The position numbers and the translations under genes are program-made. From Candidatus Saccharimonadota bacterium (GTDB lineage Bacteria > Patescibacteriota > Saccharimonadia > Saccharimonadales > Saccharimonadaceae): a stretch of DNA of 32,000 nucleotides. Shown here piece after piece: positions 1 through 8,446 of this stretch. Location of the stretch: assembly GCA_016700015.1 (NCBI GenBank), contig CP064995.1, forward strand, positions 60,001 through 92,000, given 5' to 3'. The notes beneath the pieces were generated by a model that worked only from the letters and a program-made list of their open reading frames with translations, was not told the DNA's origin and searched no databases. Numbering within the stretch: the stretch's first letter is position 1; each line of letters opens with the position of its first letter.

Positions 1-1
1 A

Positions 2-1831
2 ATGGCAATCGCAATTGAGCAGAATTATACAAAAGACCAGATACTCATGATGTATCTAAACTCAGTCTATTATGGGGAAAACGCCTTTGGGATTGAAGAA
101 GCGGCCAAAACCTACTACGGAAAAACACCGAAGGATCTGACATTGGCTGAAAGTGCAATGCTTATCGGCATACTCCCCGCCCCGAGCGCCTACTCGCCAA
201 TTAGTGGCAATGCGGACTATGCTAAGCAGCGTCAAGAAAAAGTGTTAACCAGAATGGTGGCTGAAAAATATATTACCGAAGATCAAAAAGCAGCTGCACT
301 CGCTGAACAACTGACGTACGCAAAATCGGCCGATACACCTGACTCAATTGCACCGCATTTTGTTGAAATGGTGATTGGTGAGCTGAGCGAAAAGTATGGC
401 TATGAGCAGGTAATGCGCTCAGGGTTTCAAGTGACCACAACGCTTGATACTAATGCGCAGGGCATCCTCAACCAAAGTGTTGCCGGTCAACTTGGCTATG
501 TGAACCGCAATGGTGGGAGCAACATCAGCGCAGTAATTATCGACCCAAAGTCTGGCGAAATTAGGAGCCTTGTTGGTAGTGCCGACTACAACAATGACAA
601 ATGGGGCAAGGTGAATATGGTAACGACTGCAAGGCAGCCGGGCAGTAGCTTCAAGCCAATCTACTACTCGCAGGCGCTCGCCGACGGTGTTATTACGCCG
701 GCTACAATCTACCATGATGAGCTAACCGACTTTGGTGGTGGCTACAAACCAATGAACGCTAGTCGTCAGTGGTATGGCGATGTCACTGTTCGCAAGGCAC
801 TAAACTGGTCACTCAACATACCGAGTATCAAAGTGATGCAGGATTACACGATTGATAAATCAGTGGCTGGCGCGAAGAAGCTCGGCATACAGCTCGATCA
901 AAATCGTGATCACAACTTGACTCTTGCACTTGGCTCCGAAGAAGTGCCGCTACTTACTATGACCAATGCCTATGCCGCGTTTGCCAACCAGGGTCAGCAG
1001 TATAAGACCGCTGTCATTAAGAAAGTTGACGATAAGTTTGGGAAGCGTATCTTGATGAACAGCCAGACAAGGAACCAGGCAATTAACAAAGAAGGCGCGT
1101 ACCTTATATCGAATATTTTGTCTGATAATCAAGCGAGGTCGGGTATTTTTGGAAGCTCATTAAATATACCGGGACACACAGCTGCAGTAAAAACGGGCAC
1201 TACCAACGATAGTCGTGACGCCTGGACGATCGGATACACGCCCGACTATGTAATTGGAGTTTGGGTTGGCAATAACGACAATTCACCGATGAACAACGGT
1301 GGTTCTGGAATGGCGGGGCCAGTGTGGCGTAACACACTTATCAAGTTGCTTGTCGGTGTGCCAGATAAAAAGTTTGATATGCCTAGCGGCATAGTTCAGC
1401 GAAATATCTGTACGGCAAATGGCGGCCTGGCAAGCAAAACTGGCAGTGGAACGTACAGTGAGTATTTTATGGCCGGTGCGCTACCGACAAAATCCTGTAC
1501 ACCAGATCCGGTGATTATCACAGTGTGTAATCTTGATACGAAGAAGACTGAGTCAATTGACGAAGAGACGTTTGATTCCGTACGTTACTCAAAAAATCTT
1601 GACGACTGTAAACCAGTTACTATCGCTGTTTGCGATCTTGCCACTGGCCAGATAAAGATAATAGAAGAGATTGACTATGACACTGACCTACAATCGAAAG
1701 ATACTGGAGACTGCGTTGCTCATGTCAAGGCATGTGACACGACAAACGGCACTGTTGTTTGGGTGAGGACAGCCGAGTTTGTGCTACCTCGCTATACCAA
1801 TGACATTGAAAATTGTGTCGCATCGCCTTAA
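2..1831 (+). CDS. Class A penicillin-binding protein (GT51 transglycosylase + transpeptidase), N-terminus cut by window edge
   Basis: ORF is open to the window edge. It has a GT51 tail (MMYLNSVYYGENAFGIEEAAKTYYGK) and transpeptidase motifs SxxK (SSFKP), SxN (SLN) and KTG (KTGTT). About 109 aa of extra C-terminal Cys-bracketed repeats follow. Confidence 0.9.
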   Translation: MAIAIEQNYTKDQILMMYLNSVYYGENAFGIEEAAKTYYGKTPKDLTLAESAMLIGILPAPSAYSPISGNADYAKQRQEKVLTRMVAEKYITEDQKAAALAEQLTYAKSADTPDSIAPHFVEMVIGELSEKYGYEQVMRSGFQVTTTLDTNAQGILNQSVAGQLGYVNRNGGSNISAVIIDPKSGEIRSLVGSADYNNDKWGKVNMVTTARQPGSSFKPIYYSQALADGVITPATIYHDELTDFGGGYKPMNASRQWYGDVTVRKALNWSLNIPSIKVMQDYTIDKSVAGAKKLGIQLDQNRDHNLTLALGSEEVPLLTMTNAYAAFANQGQQYKTAVIKKVDDKFGKRILMNSQTRNQAINKEGAYLISNILSDNQARSGIFGSSLNIPGHTAAVKTGTTNDSRDAWTIGYTPDYVIGVWVGNNDNSPMNNGGSGMAGPVWRNTLIKLLVGVPDKKFDMPSGIVQRNICTANGGLASKTGSGTYSEYFMAGALPTKSCTPDPVIITVCNLDTKKTESIDEETFDSVRYSKNLDDCKPVTIAVCDLATGQIKIIEEIDYDTDLQSKDTGDCVAHVKACDTTNGTVVWVRTAEFVLPRYTNDIENCVASP

Positions 1832-2343
1832 TCGACAAACATCGGCATTGCAACTGACGATAAGTGGTATGAATTTTCGTAAAGCCATGCGGCGACGTCG
1901 TCGGGTGCTCGTAGACGTACGAGCCCTCCGTGTTGTATAGCATGGGCTATTGCGTCAACACTTACGAATAATTCTGTGCCAAAGTGAAGTATCGGATACC
2001 GCGTATGCCACTGCTTTTCTAATTTGCCTATAGGAGAAATTTCGACACAGTATTGAAGTGTGAGCCGGCCATGGGGGAGGACTGTCACGGGGTACTGTAG
2101 GTCGGGAGCATCAATTGGCGAACTGATGATTTTGCCAGCTAACGGTGCATTGCCTACATAGAGCTCAATCGCAGCCTCTTTGTATGCATTGGCGGCATCC
2201 TCTGCCGGTACAGTTAGCATACTAAGCAGTGTTGCGCTACGTGCCATATCAATGAAGTAGCGAGGGGTGGGCATGTCGAACAAATCTTCGTTGATGTATC
2301 TCACCATTTGCTCTAGTTGCTCTTGGTGTGTAATGCCGCTCAT
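1828..2343 (-). CDS. Hypothetical protein (172 aa), no domain recognised
   Basis: The track ORF is 1828..2418. I prefer Met26 (ATG at 2343) because TACAAT (2355->2350) lies exactly 6 nt upstream, and a start at 2418 would overlap ruvA by 12 nt. I recognise no motif. Confidence 0.5.
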   Translation of the reverse strand: MSGITHQEQLEQMVRYINEDLFDMPTPRYFIDMARSATLLSMLTVPAEDAANAYKEAAIELYVGNAPLAGKIISSPIDAPDLQYPVTVLPHGRLTLQYCVEISPIGKLEKQWHTRYPILHFGTELFVSVDAIAHAIQHGGLVRLRAPDDVAAWLYENSYHLSSVAMPMFVD

Positions 2344-2349
2344 GACGTC

Positions 2350-2355
2350 ATTGTA
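2350..2355 (-). promoter_or_regulatory. -10 box TACAAT, 6 nt upstream of ATG 2343 (predicted leaderless)
   Basis: The reverse complement reads TACAAT-gacgtc-ATG, with no Shine-Dalgarno. Confidence 0.45.
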
Positions 2356-2393
2356 CGGTTCGCACAGTATTCGTGCAACAGCCCGAGGTGTGA

Positions 2394-2399
2394 CATAAT
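2394..2399 (+). promoter_or_regulatory. -10 box CATAAT, 7 nt upstream of the ruvA ATG 2407
   Basis: CATAAT-agtaagt-ATG, with no Shine-Dalgarno. Confidence 0.4.
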
Positions 2400-2406
2400 A
2401 GTAAGT

Positions 2407-2979
2407 ATGATTGCGCATGTTGACGGCACGGTTGCAGAAAAATTCGCAGGGGCGCTCATTGTTGATGTAGCAGGTATTGGCTACGAAGTAGCGGTTGCGG
2501 CTGGTGAGTATGATGCTGCGCAGCTAGGACAGGGTATTAAACTGTATACCTATCATCATATTCGCGAACAGAGCCAGGAGCTATTTGGCTTTAGTAGTTT
2601 GGCTGCGAAGAAACTATTTGAATTACTTATTACAGTGCAAGGTGTAGGGCCCAAGGCTGCGCTGGCAATTCTCAGCATTGGTGAGGCTGAGCATGTGCGT
2701 AATGCGATTGCCAATGCCGATAGTGCGTTCATCGTGCAGGCGAGCGGCGTGGGCAAAAAGACCGCCGAAAGTGTCATCGTGAAATTATTTGACAAAGTCG
2801 GCATGCCGATTATTTACAAAAAACAGAGCGGCGTGCAGACAGAATTAAATACCAGCGATGAAGCACTCGAGGCGCTGATTGCCCTTGGGTACACATTGAG
2901 TGACGCCACGAAGGCACTCGAAACAGTCGATCCAAAGCTTTCGACAAGCGAGCGCGTGCGCGAGGCACTGAGGGGCTAA
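2407..2979 (+). CDS. ruvA: Holliday junction DNA helicase subunit RuvA
   Basis: Canonical N-terminus MIAHVDGTV at ATG 2407 (the track ORF is extended to 2317). It has HhH motifs [12 protein letters not shown] and [10 protein letters not shown] and a C-terminal domain III. ruvB follows 2 nt later. Confidence 0.9.
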   Translation: MIAHVDGTVAEKFAGALIVDVAGIGYEVAVAAGEYDAAQLGQGIKLYTYHHIREQSQELFGFSSLAAKKLFELLITVQGVGPKAALAILSIGEAEHVRNAIANADSAFIVQASGVGKKTAESVIVKLFDKVGMPIIYKKQSGVQTELNTSDEALEALIALGYTLSDATKALETVDPKLSTSERVREALRG

Positions 2980-2981
2980 CT

Positions 2982-3998
2982 ATGGCAATTGAGCGCATTG
3001 TTGATACCAGCACGCATAATGATGATGCGGATGAGCAGCAGATTGAAGTGACGCTGCGGCCGCAGAGTTTTAAAGAATATGTCGGGCAGGAAAGGCTAAA
3101 GAAAAACCTAAAACTTAGTATTGATGCCGCCAAAAAACGCAGCGAACCAATCGACCACGTGCTCTTATACGGCCCGCCAGGCCTCGGCAAAACTACCATG
3201 GCGACTGTGATTGCGAACGAAATGAGTGCGAGTATTCGTGTCACAGCGGGGCCAGCCATTGAGCGGGCAGGCGATCTAGCTTCAATTCTGACGAATCTCC
3301 AAGACGGCGACATACTATTTATCGATGAGATCCATCGTCTGAGCCGCACAGTTGAAGAGGTGTTGTATGCGGCGATGGAGGACTACAAACTAGACATTGT
3401 CATCGGCAAGGGTCCGGCAGCTCGCAGCGTTCGGCTCGATCTTCCTCGTTTCACAGTTATCGGTGCCACTACTCGTACCGGTGCACTTGCGGCACCATTG
3501 CGAGACCGTTTCGGTCATATCTACCGACTTGAATTCTATACGCCCGATGAAATTGCGCGTATTATCACGCGCTCGGCGGGGATTCTTGGAAGTAAGCTTG
3601 AACAATCGGCAGCCGGTATGTTGTCCACGCGCGCTCGGTTGACACCGCGTATTGCGAATCGTTTACTAAAACGCGTACGTGATTACGCTGATGTTAATGG
3701 CGATGGGATTATTGACACAACAACGACTGCTAAGGCGCTCGAGATGCTCGAAATCGATAGTATGGGGCTTGATCCGGCCGATCGCAACATGCTTAGCCTC
3801 ATGATCGATACGTATGGAGACAATCCGGTAGGGCTAGCGACTATTGCCGCACTGACTGGAGATGAAGCAACAACTATTGAAGACTTTTATGAACCATTTT
3901 TGCTACAAATTGGTTTCATTGAGCGAACACCTAGGGGTCGCCGAGCGACGACGCGCGCCTACTTACATTTAGGTAAAAATCCTTCGCAACAACCCTAA
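2982..3998 (+). CDS. ruvB: Holliday junction DNA helicase RuvB (AAA+)
   Basis: Motifs [12 protein letters not shown], Walker [10 protein letters not shown], Walker [10 protein letters not shown] and sensor GATTR. The winged-helix C-terminus ends in RTPRGR. Confidence 0.95.
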   Translation: MAIERIVDTSTHNDDADEQQIEVTLRPQSFKEYVGQERLKKNLKLSIDAAKKRSEPIDHVLLYGPPGLGKTTMATVIANEMSASIRVTAGPAIERAGDLASILTNLQDGDILFIDEIHRLSRTVEEVLYAAMEDYKLDIVIGKGPAARSVRLDLPRFTVIGATTRTGALAAPLRDRFGHIYRLEFYTPDEIARIITRSAGILGSKLEQSAAGMLSTRARLTPRIANRLLKRVRDYADVNGDGIIDTTTTAKALEMLEIDSMGLDPADRNMLSLMIDTYGDNPVGLATIAALTGDEATTIEDFYEPFLLQIGFIERTPRGRRATTRAYLHLGKNPSQQP

Positions 3999-4007
3999 GC
4001 CATAGCG

Positions 4008-4013
4008 TATAAT
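4008..4013 (+). promoter_or_regulatory. -10 box TATAAT, 6 nt upstream of ATG 4020
   Basis: TATAAT-aatagc-ATG, with no Shine-Dalgarno. Confidence 0.45.
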
Positions 4014-4019
4014 AATAGC

Positions 4020-4838
4020 ATGGGCCACATGATGGAACGATGGGTTCACCGGGACACATTAAAAGAAGATAATATCGAGTCGAGTTTGATGTCAAACGAG
4101 CAAGAATCTGAACTAATACAAAAGCCAGTTGCCTACGATGTTGATGGTAGGCCTCTGTATGCTGCACCGGTCATGCCGTCACCACAGCCTCGAGTAGTAC
4201 ATGTTGCACGCTCGACCGAGCCAATACCGGTTGAAGTTTCTGAGACAACAAAGCAACGACACCAAGAATCAATGCGTGCATTTCCTTGGCTTAATCTTAG
4301 TGATCACGAGTATATTATTAGCGCTGTGCGCCGTCACCCCATAGGCATGTGGGGTCCATTGCTCGCAACCTCTATCGCGGTCTCGACAGTGTTTATTATG
4401 CTTATGAACTATCCGTATATCAGTGAATTACTCGGCTTGCCAGTGGCATCGTATGGCACTGTACTGCTAATAGGTGTGCTGATGGCGATACTATTTCTTA
4501 TTGGTGGCTACCTGGCGATATGGGTATACACCAATAATCGTTTTTTTCTTACCAACGAAAGTGTTATTCAGGAAATACAAGCCAGTATATTTTCTAAGAA
4601 GGAACAAACTGTCAGCTTGATGAATATAGAAGACGCCAGTTTTAGTCAGCGCGGACCAATGCAAACGTTACTCAACTATGGCTCAATTCGTCTCAGTACC
4701 GAGGGCGAAGAGACAACCTATCGGTTTGATTATGTGTCGAACCCAAAAGTTCAAATCGCTATTTTGAATAACGCTGTCGAGGCATTCAAAAACGGTCGTC
4801 CCGTTGAGGGTCCCGCTAGCACGAACGAAAACGACTAG
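4020..4838 (+). CDS. Membrane protein with bacterial PH domain (YdbS/YdbT-like, bPH_2)
   Basis: Two TM helices are followed by FFLTNESVIQ...SLMNIEDASFSQRG...YGSIRLSTEG, which is typical of the bPH_2/DUF304 family. TATAAT (4008..4013) lies 6 nt upstream of the ATG. Confidence 0.6.
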   Translation: MGHMMERWVHRDTLKEDNIESSLMSNEQESELIQKPVAYDVDGRPLYAAPVMPSPQPRVVHVARSTEPIPVEVSETTKQRHQESMRAFPWLNLSDHEYIISAVRRHPIGMWGPLLATSIAVSTVFIMLMNYPYISELLGLPVASYGTVLLIGVLMAILFLIGGYLAIWVYTNNRFFLTNESVIQEIQASIFSKKEQTVSLMNIEDASFSQRGPMQTLLNYGSIRLSTEGEETTYRFDYVSNPKVQIAILNNAVEAFKNGRPVEGPASTNEND

Positions 4839-5231
4839 TTACTTATTGCGATTGGTTTTTATAAAGTCGTCTTCGCGCTCCATGGCGCTCCGTAGACTGT
4901 AGCCGCTGCACTTTCCAGCGGTGTCACAACCGGTGCCTTCATAGCGATAATCGCTTGCTGAGTCACCCAGCTTGACGCCATCTGGGTCGGTAAAGAGCGC
5001 TGGGTCGACGGATCGGAGCACCTTACTATCAATGCTTGCAGGGTAGCTTTTGTTTTTTTCGTAGTACACCTCTTCAAGACTATAGTACATAGCATTGATA
5101 GCGACCTTACGCTGTGAGTCGCGAACGACCGCGCTGACCGTGCCTTTTTCGCTGTAGAACACCCAACCACCAACGACGAGGATGACAATAACGACCATGA
5201 GCTCAAGAACAGTAAAGCCGCGATGTTTCAT
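4839..5231 (-). CDS. Type IV pilin / pseudopilin with class III signal peptide
   Basis: N-terminus MKHRG|FTVLELMVVIVILVV has the prepilin peptidase motif G/F with Glu at +5 and a hydrophobic alpha1-N. A C-terminal Cys pair (GCDTAGKC) suggests a D-region disulfide loop. Confidence 0.85.
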   Translation of the reverse strand: MKHRGFTVLELMVVIVILVVGGWVFYSEKGTVSAVVRDSQRKVAINAMYYSLEEVYYEKNKSYPASIDSKVLRSVDPALFTDPDGVKLGDSASDYRYEGTGCDTAGKCSGYSLRSAMEREDDFIKTNRNK

Positions 5232-5238
5232 GGTGCTT

Positions 5239-5244
5239 ATTATA
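5239..5244 (-). promoter_or_regulatory. -10 box TATAAT, 7 nt upstream of the pilin ATG 5231
   Basis: The reverse complement reads TATAAT-aagcacc-ATG. Confidence 0.45.
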
Positions 5245-5266
5245 GCAAAACAACGCTCTGCTGCGA

Positions 5267-5272
5267 TATACT
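5267..5272 (+). promoter_or_regulatory. -10 box TATACT for recA (leadered, 26 nt to the ATG, GAGGA Shine-Dalgarno)
   Basis: TATACT, then aaatacagtaataaagtGAGGAatgt, then ATG. Confidence 0.4.
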
Positions 5273-5298
5273 AAATACAGTAATAAAGTGAGGAATGT

Positions 5299-6336
5299 AT
5301 GGCAAAGAAGTCTGAAAGCAAAACACTGGCCGAGAAACCGACTGCCGACGAAGGTAAACTAAAGGCACTTGGTCTCGCGATGGACCAGATTACCAAGCAG
5401 TTTGGTGATGGTTCAATTATGAAGCTCGGTGAGTCGAAGAAAGTTGATGTTGAGCTATTGTCCAGCGGCAGTTTGAGTCTTGATATAGCATTGGGCGGCG
5501 GGTACCCGAAAGGACGCATTATCGAAATTTATGGTCCAGAGAGCTCGGGTAAAACCACGCTGACGCTCCATGCTATCGCCGAAATTCAAAAACAAGGCGG
5601 CACCGCAGCGTTTATTGATGCCGAGCATGCGCTTGATCCGGCCTACGCTAAGCGGCTCGGTGTCGATACAGAGAATCTTTTGGTTAGCCAGCCCGATAAC
5701 GGCGAACAGGCGCTTGAAATTGTCGAAACGCTGGTACGCAGCAACGCCGTCGACCTGATTGTTATTGACAGTGTTGCGGCACTCGTCCCACAAGCTGAAA
5801 TAGATGGTGACATGGGCGATAGCCATATGGGTCTCCAGGCACGACTGATGAGTCAGGCACTCCGCAAGCTCACGGGTATCATCAACAAAAGTCACGCTAC
5901 TGTGGTCTTCATCAACCAAATTCGCATGAAAATCGGCGTCATGTTTGGTAACCCTGAAACCACCACTGGTGGTAATGCATTGAAATTCTATGCTAGTGTA
6001 CGCGCTGACATTCGCCGTATCGGTCAGATCAAAGAGGGCGAAGAAATCATCGGCAACCGTACCAAGGTAAAAATTGTCAAAAACAAGATCGCGCCGCCAT
6101 TCAGAACTGCTGAATTCGACATCATGTATAACGAAGGTATCAGCAAGACAGGCGATGTACTCGACCTCGGTGTACAGCACGGTATTGTCGGTAAGAGCGG
6201 TGCATGGTTTGACTATAATGATGCAAAGATCGGCCAGGGCCGTGAAGCCACCAAGAAGTACCTCAAGGAGAACCCTAAGGTGTTGGCTGAAATCGAGCAA
6301 AAGGTCCGAGCAAAAGTAGCTGCCGAAGTGGAATAG
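5299..6336 (+). CDS. recA: Recombinase RecA
   Basis: Walker [27 protein letters not shown] and L2 loop [25 protein letters not shown] Shine-Dalgarno lies 4 nt upstream of the ATG. Confidence 0.97.
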   Translation: MAKKSESKTLAEKPTADEGKLKALGLAMDQITKQFGDGSIMKLGESKKVDVELLSSGSLSLDIALGGGYPKGRIIEIYGPESSGKTTLTLHAIAEIQKQGGTAAFIDAEHALDPAYAKRLGVDTENLLVSQPDNGEQALEIVETLVRSNAVDLIVIDSVAALVPQAEIDGDMGDSHMGLQARLMSQALRKLTGIINKSHATVVFINQIRMKIGVMFGNPETTTGGNALKFYASVRADIRRIGQIKEGEEIIGNRTKVKIVKNKIAPPFRTAEFDIMYNEGISKTGDVLDLGVQHGIVGKSGAWFDYNDAKIGQGREATKKYLKENPKVLAEIEQKVRAKVAAEVE

Positions 6337-6917
6337 TGAAAAAACGCGCTGTTATTTTACACGGCACCGACGGCAGCCCAACTCAGCTTGCCTGGCAAGT
6401 ATGGCTGAAGGAACAGCTTGAAGCTAATGGCTACGAAGTTTATTTTCCGCAGCTTCCCGAGTGCCATACGCCGAACTTGGCTACGTATGATAGGTTCTTA
6501 AAAGATTCGGGGTGGGATTTCGCTGACAATATTGTCATTAGCCACTCATCTGGGGCAACGACTGCACTCCATCTCTTGCAGCAGGACTGGTTCCCTCACG
6601 TGAGGGCTACGGTGCTCGTCGGTACATTCTTAAATGAGAGGCTCTTGGACGCAGCTAGCTGGTATGTAAAAGGCCAATTCGATCATCTGTTTGTTGACGA
6701 GCTTAGCGTTGACACCATCAAGGCGCGCTCTACATCATTTTATTTTGTTCACGGGGATGATGATCCGTATTGCGACTATGGCGAGGCGGGGCAGTTATGT
6801 AAGCGGCTTGGTGGGGAATTCATTACTCTTCACGGAGCTGGCCATATTGGTAAATATGCTAATATCCAATCTATCCCATCTCTTATGAAGGCGCTAAAAG
6901 ATAGTAGAGTGTTATAG
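6336..6917 (+). CDS. Alpha/beta serine hydrolase, YdeN/RBBP9-like family
   Basis: VILHGTDGSP, nucleophile elbow SHSSG, later HGDDDP (Asp) and GAGHIG (His). The GTG start overlaps the recA TAG stop by 1 nt. Confidence 0.6.
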   Translation: MKKRAVILHGTDGSPTQLAWQVWLKEQLEANGYEVYFPQLPECHTPNLATYDRFLKDSGWDFADNIVISHSSGATTALHLLQQDWFPHVRATVLVGTFLNERLLDAASWYVKGQFDHLFVDELSVDTIKARSTSFYFVHGDDDPYCDYGEAGQLCKRLGGEFITLHGAGHIGKYANIQSIPSLMKALKDSRVL

Positions 6918-6933
6918 CGTATTTGAAACTACT

Positions 6934-7575
6934 ATGAAAATTACCAGCATCTCAGCGCAAGTTCGTAACCCCGATCGGGTGAATATTAGTATCGACGGCA
7001 TGTATCGTTTGAGTTTGGATATCTTACAGGTCACTGATCTAGGAGTGAGGGTTGGCAGGGAACTGGGGGAGCAGGAATTGGCCGAACTCGAAACTGAGAG
7101 TCAGTTTGGCAAGCTCTATACTCGTGCTCTGGAATATTGTCTGATGCGGCCACATTCAGTACGCGAGGTTCGCGACTATTTGTATAAAAAAACGCTTGCA
7201 AAAAAGTATAAAGACAGGCAAGGCCAGCTTCATGAAAAAAATGGCTACCTCCCCGCTCTCACCGAGCGTGTATTGACAACATTACAACAAAAGAAATACG
7301 TTGACGACGAGCAATTTGCACGCTGGTGGGTTGAAAACAGGAATCTTACAAAAGGTACTTCCCTGCGCAAACTAACCGCTGAGCTGAGGGCAAAAGGAGT
7401 GAGTGGTGAAATAATCGATCAGGTGATGCGGCAATCAGATCGCGATGATAAAAGTGAGCTAGCAAAAATCATTGCGAAGAAACGATCAAAATACCCTGAT
7501 GATCAAAAAATGCTTCAATACTTAGCGCGCCAGGGTTTTTCATATGATCAAGCGAAAGAAGCATTGGCCGAGTAA
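6934..7575 (+). CDS. recX: Recombination regulator RecX
   Basis: RecX-like layout: I..I..Q.RNPDRVNISIDG, then three-helix repeats (ALEYCLMRPHSVREVRDYL; LQQKKYVDDEQFARWW; LARQGFSYD). It lies in a recA context. Confidence 0.8.
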   Translation: MKITSISAQVRNPDRVNISIDGMYRLSLDILQVTDLGVRVGRELGEQELAELETESQFGKLYTRALEYCLMRPHSVREVRDYLYKKTLAKKYKDRQGQLHEKNGYLPALTERVLTTLQQKKYVDDEQFARWWVENRNLTKGTSLRKLTAELRAKGVSGEIIDQVMRQSDRDDKSELAKIIAKKRSKYPDDQKMLQYLARQGFSYDQAKEALAE

Positions 7576-7583
7576 TAACGATA

Positions 7584-8165
7584 CTATTCTTGCGGTTGTA
7601 TAGAATCCGCCGCTGGTTCAGATTTGCGGAATGGATTAACATAGCTTGCTGCGGCTTGGTTGCGCTCAGGCTCGGGCGCTTTCGCTTCGGAATGAACAAC
7701 AATTGCATCATTGTTGATTTCGATAATTTGGCTGCGATGAATAAGTAGTTCAGTATCAGTAAAGCTTTTTAGAAATGGCCGCTTAACGGTCAACTGTTGT
7801 ACAAAAAATCCATTTGTCTCAAGTGTGAAGTCGGTTACCTTACCGAGTCGCTGTCGTTTTTCATCCGCTATAGTCATTCCGACAAGATTAAACTTAAGTT
7901 TGTAAATCTCATGTAATTTAATGACATCCCCGGGCGCAACAAATTCGTCACTCGAGTCGACTATCATACCAACATCACTGAGCTCGCGCACGTCAGCGAT
8001 GCGTACTAATGTTGGATGGCTTTCTAACATAGCACCATCTAGTTCATAGGCGACGATTGATAAGTTGCCAGGATCGATAATAGGGCGGCCGAGCTTTGCT
8101 AGTTCACTACCGGTTTGTAGTCCCATAACGGGCATATGAAGCAGTGTTGAGCCAATAAGTATCAT
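7584..8165 (-). CDS. Tandem PRC-barrel domain protein, last gene of the pilus operon
   Basis: Two PRC-barrel-like halves (LLHMPVMGLQTGSELAKLGRPIID...IVAYELDG; LVGMTIADEKRQRLGKVTDFTLETNGFFVQQLTV). An ATGA overlap joins it to the upstream 94-aa gene. Confidence 0.5.
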   Translation of the reverse strand: MILIGSTLLHMPVMGLQTGSELAKLGRPIIDPGNLSIVAYELDGAMLESHPTLVRIADVRELSDVGMIVDSSDEFVAPGDVIKLHEIYKLKFNLVGMTIADEKRQRLGKVTDFTLETNGFFVQQLTVKRPFLKSFTDTELLIHRSQIIEINNDAIVVHSEAKAPEPERNQAAASYVNPFRKSEPAADSIQPQE

Positions 8166-8446
8166 GAGCCGGTAAACGGGTTTGTCCTTCCTGCCGGTAC
8201 CTCAAGCGGCTTAGCTTCACTCGTCGTTTTGCTGAGTTTTTTAACACGTTCCATTGTTTTCTGGTCAAAGACTGCAGTTGATTGGGAGTTGGGGATATCG
8301 GTGTTTGAGCTAAGCGTTTGATTAAGCATAAAGGTGGCGACCGATAAACCACCGACGACAGTGAGCACAAACACTAGTACATGGAAGCGATGTAGAAAAT
8401 GTGTGAGCAGAGCGCCAATTTGACTGATAGAAATAGATGATTTCAT
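8162..8446 (-). CDS. Small single-pass membrane protein in the pilus operon
   Basis: 94 aa with one TM helix (VLVFVLTVVGGLSVATFML). It overlaps the pilO-like stop (TAATG) and the PRC gene start (ATGA). No known domain. Confidence 0.5.
   Translation of the reverse strand: MKSSISISQIGALLTHFLHRFHVLVFVLTVVGGLSVATFMLNQTLSSNTDIPNSQSTAVFDQKTMERVKKLSKTTSEAKPLEVPAGRTNPFTGS

Noticed and set aside
5232-5298. I looked for a LexA/SOS operator upstream of recA.
   Set aside because: There is no GAAC-N4-GTTC (Cheo box), CTGT-N8-ACAG or TCGAAC-N4-GTTCGA. Only a loose CTG-N14-CAG is present, which is not a known spacing.
5455-6300. 281-aa ORF antisense to recA. Similar long antisense ORFs occur at 2810..3349 (opposite ruvA/ruvB), 14924..15319 and 15009..15326 (opposite rny), 18184..18765 and 18351..18776 (in or opposite the S8 protease), 9885..10298 (opposite pilM) and 29114..29548 (opposite the Clp-like gene).
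   Set aside because: They lie fully inside genes with strong, motif-verified identities on the other strand or in another frame. Their sequences are low-complexity or unrecognisable. They are typical shadow ORFs.
6524-6537. Perfect 14-nt palindrome TGACAATATTGTCA. It uses the same TGACA half-site as the rny and protease sites but has a 4-nt spacer.
   Set aside because: It lies inside the hydrolase coding sequence and has different spacing. About two perfect 14-nt palindromes are expected by chance in 32 kb. It is worth including in a genome-wide motif search only.
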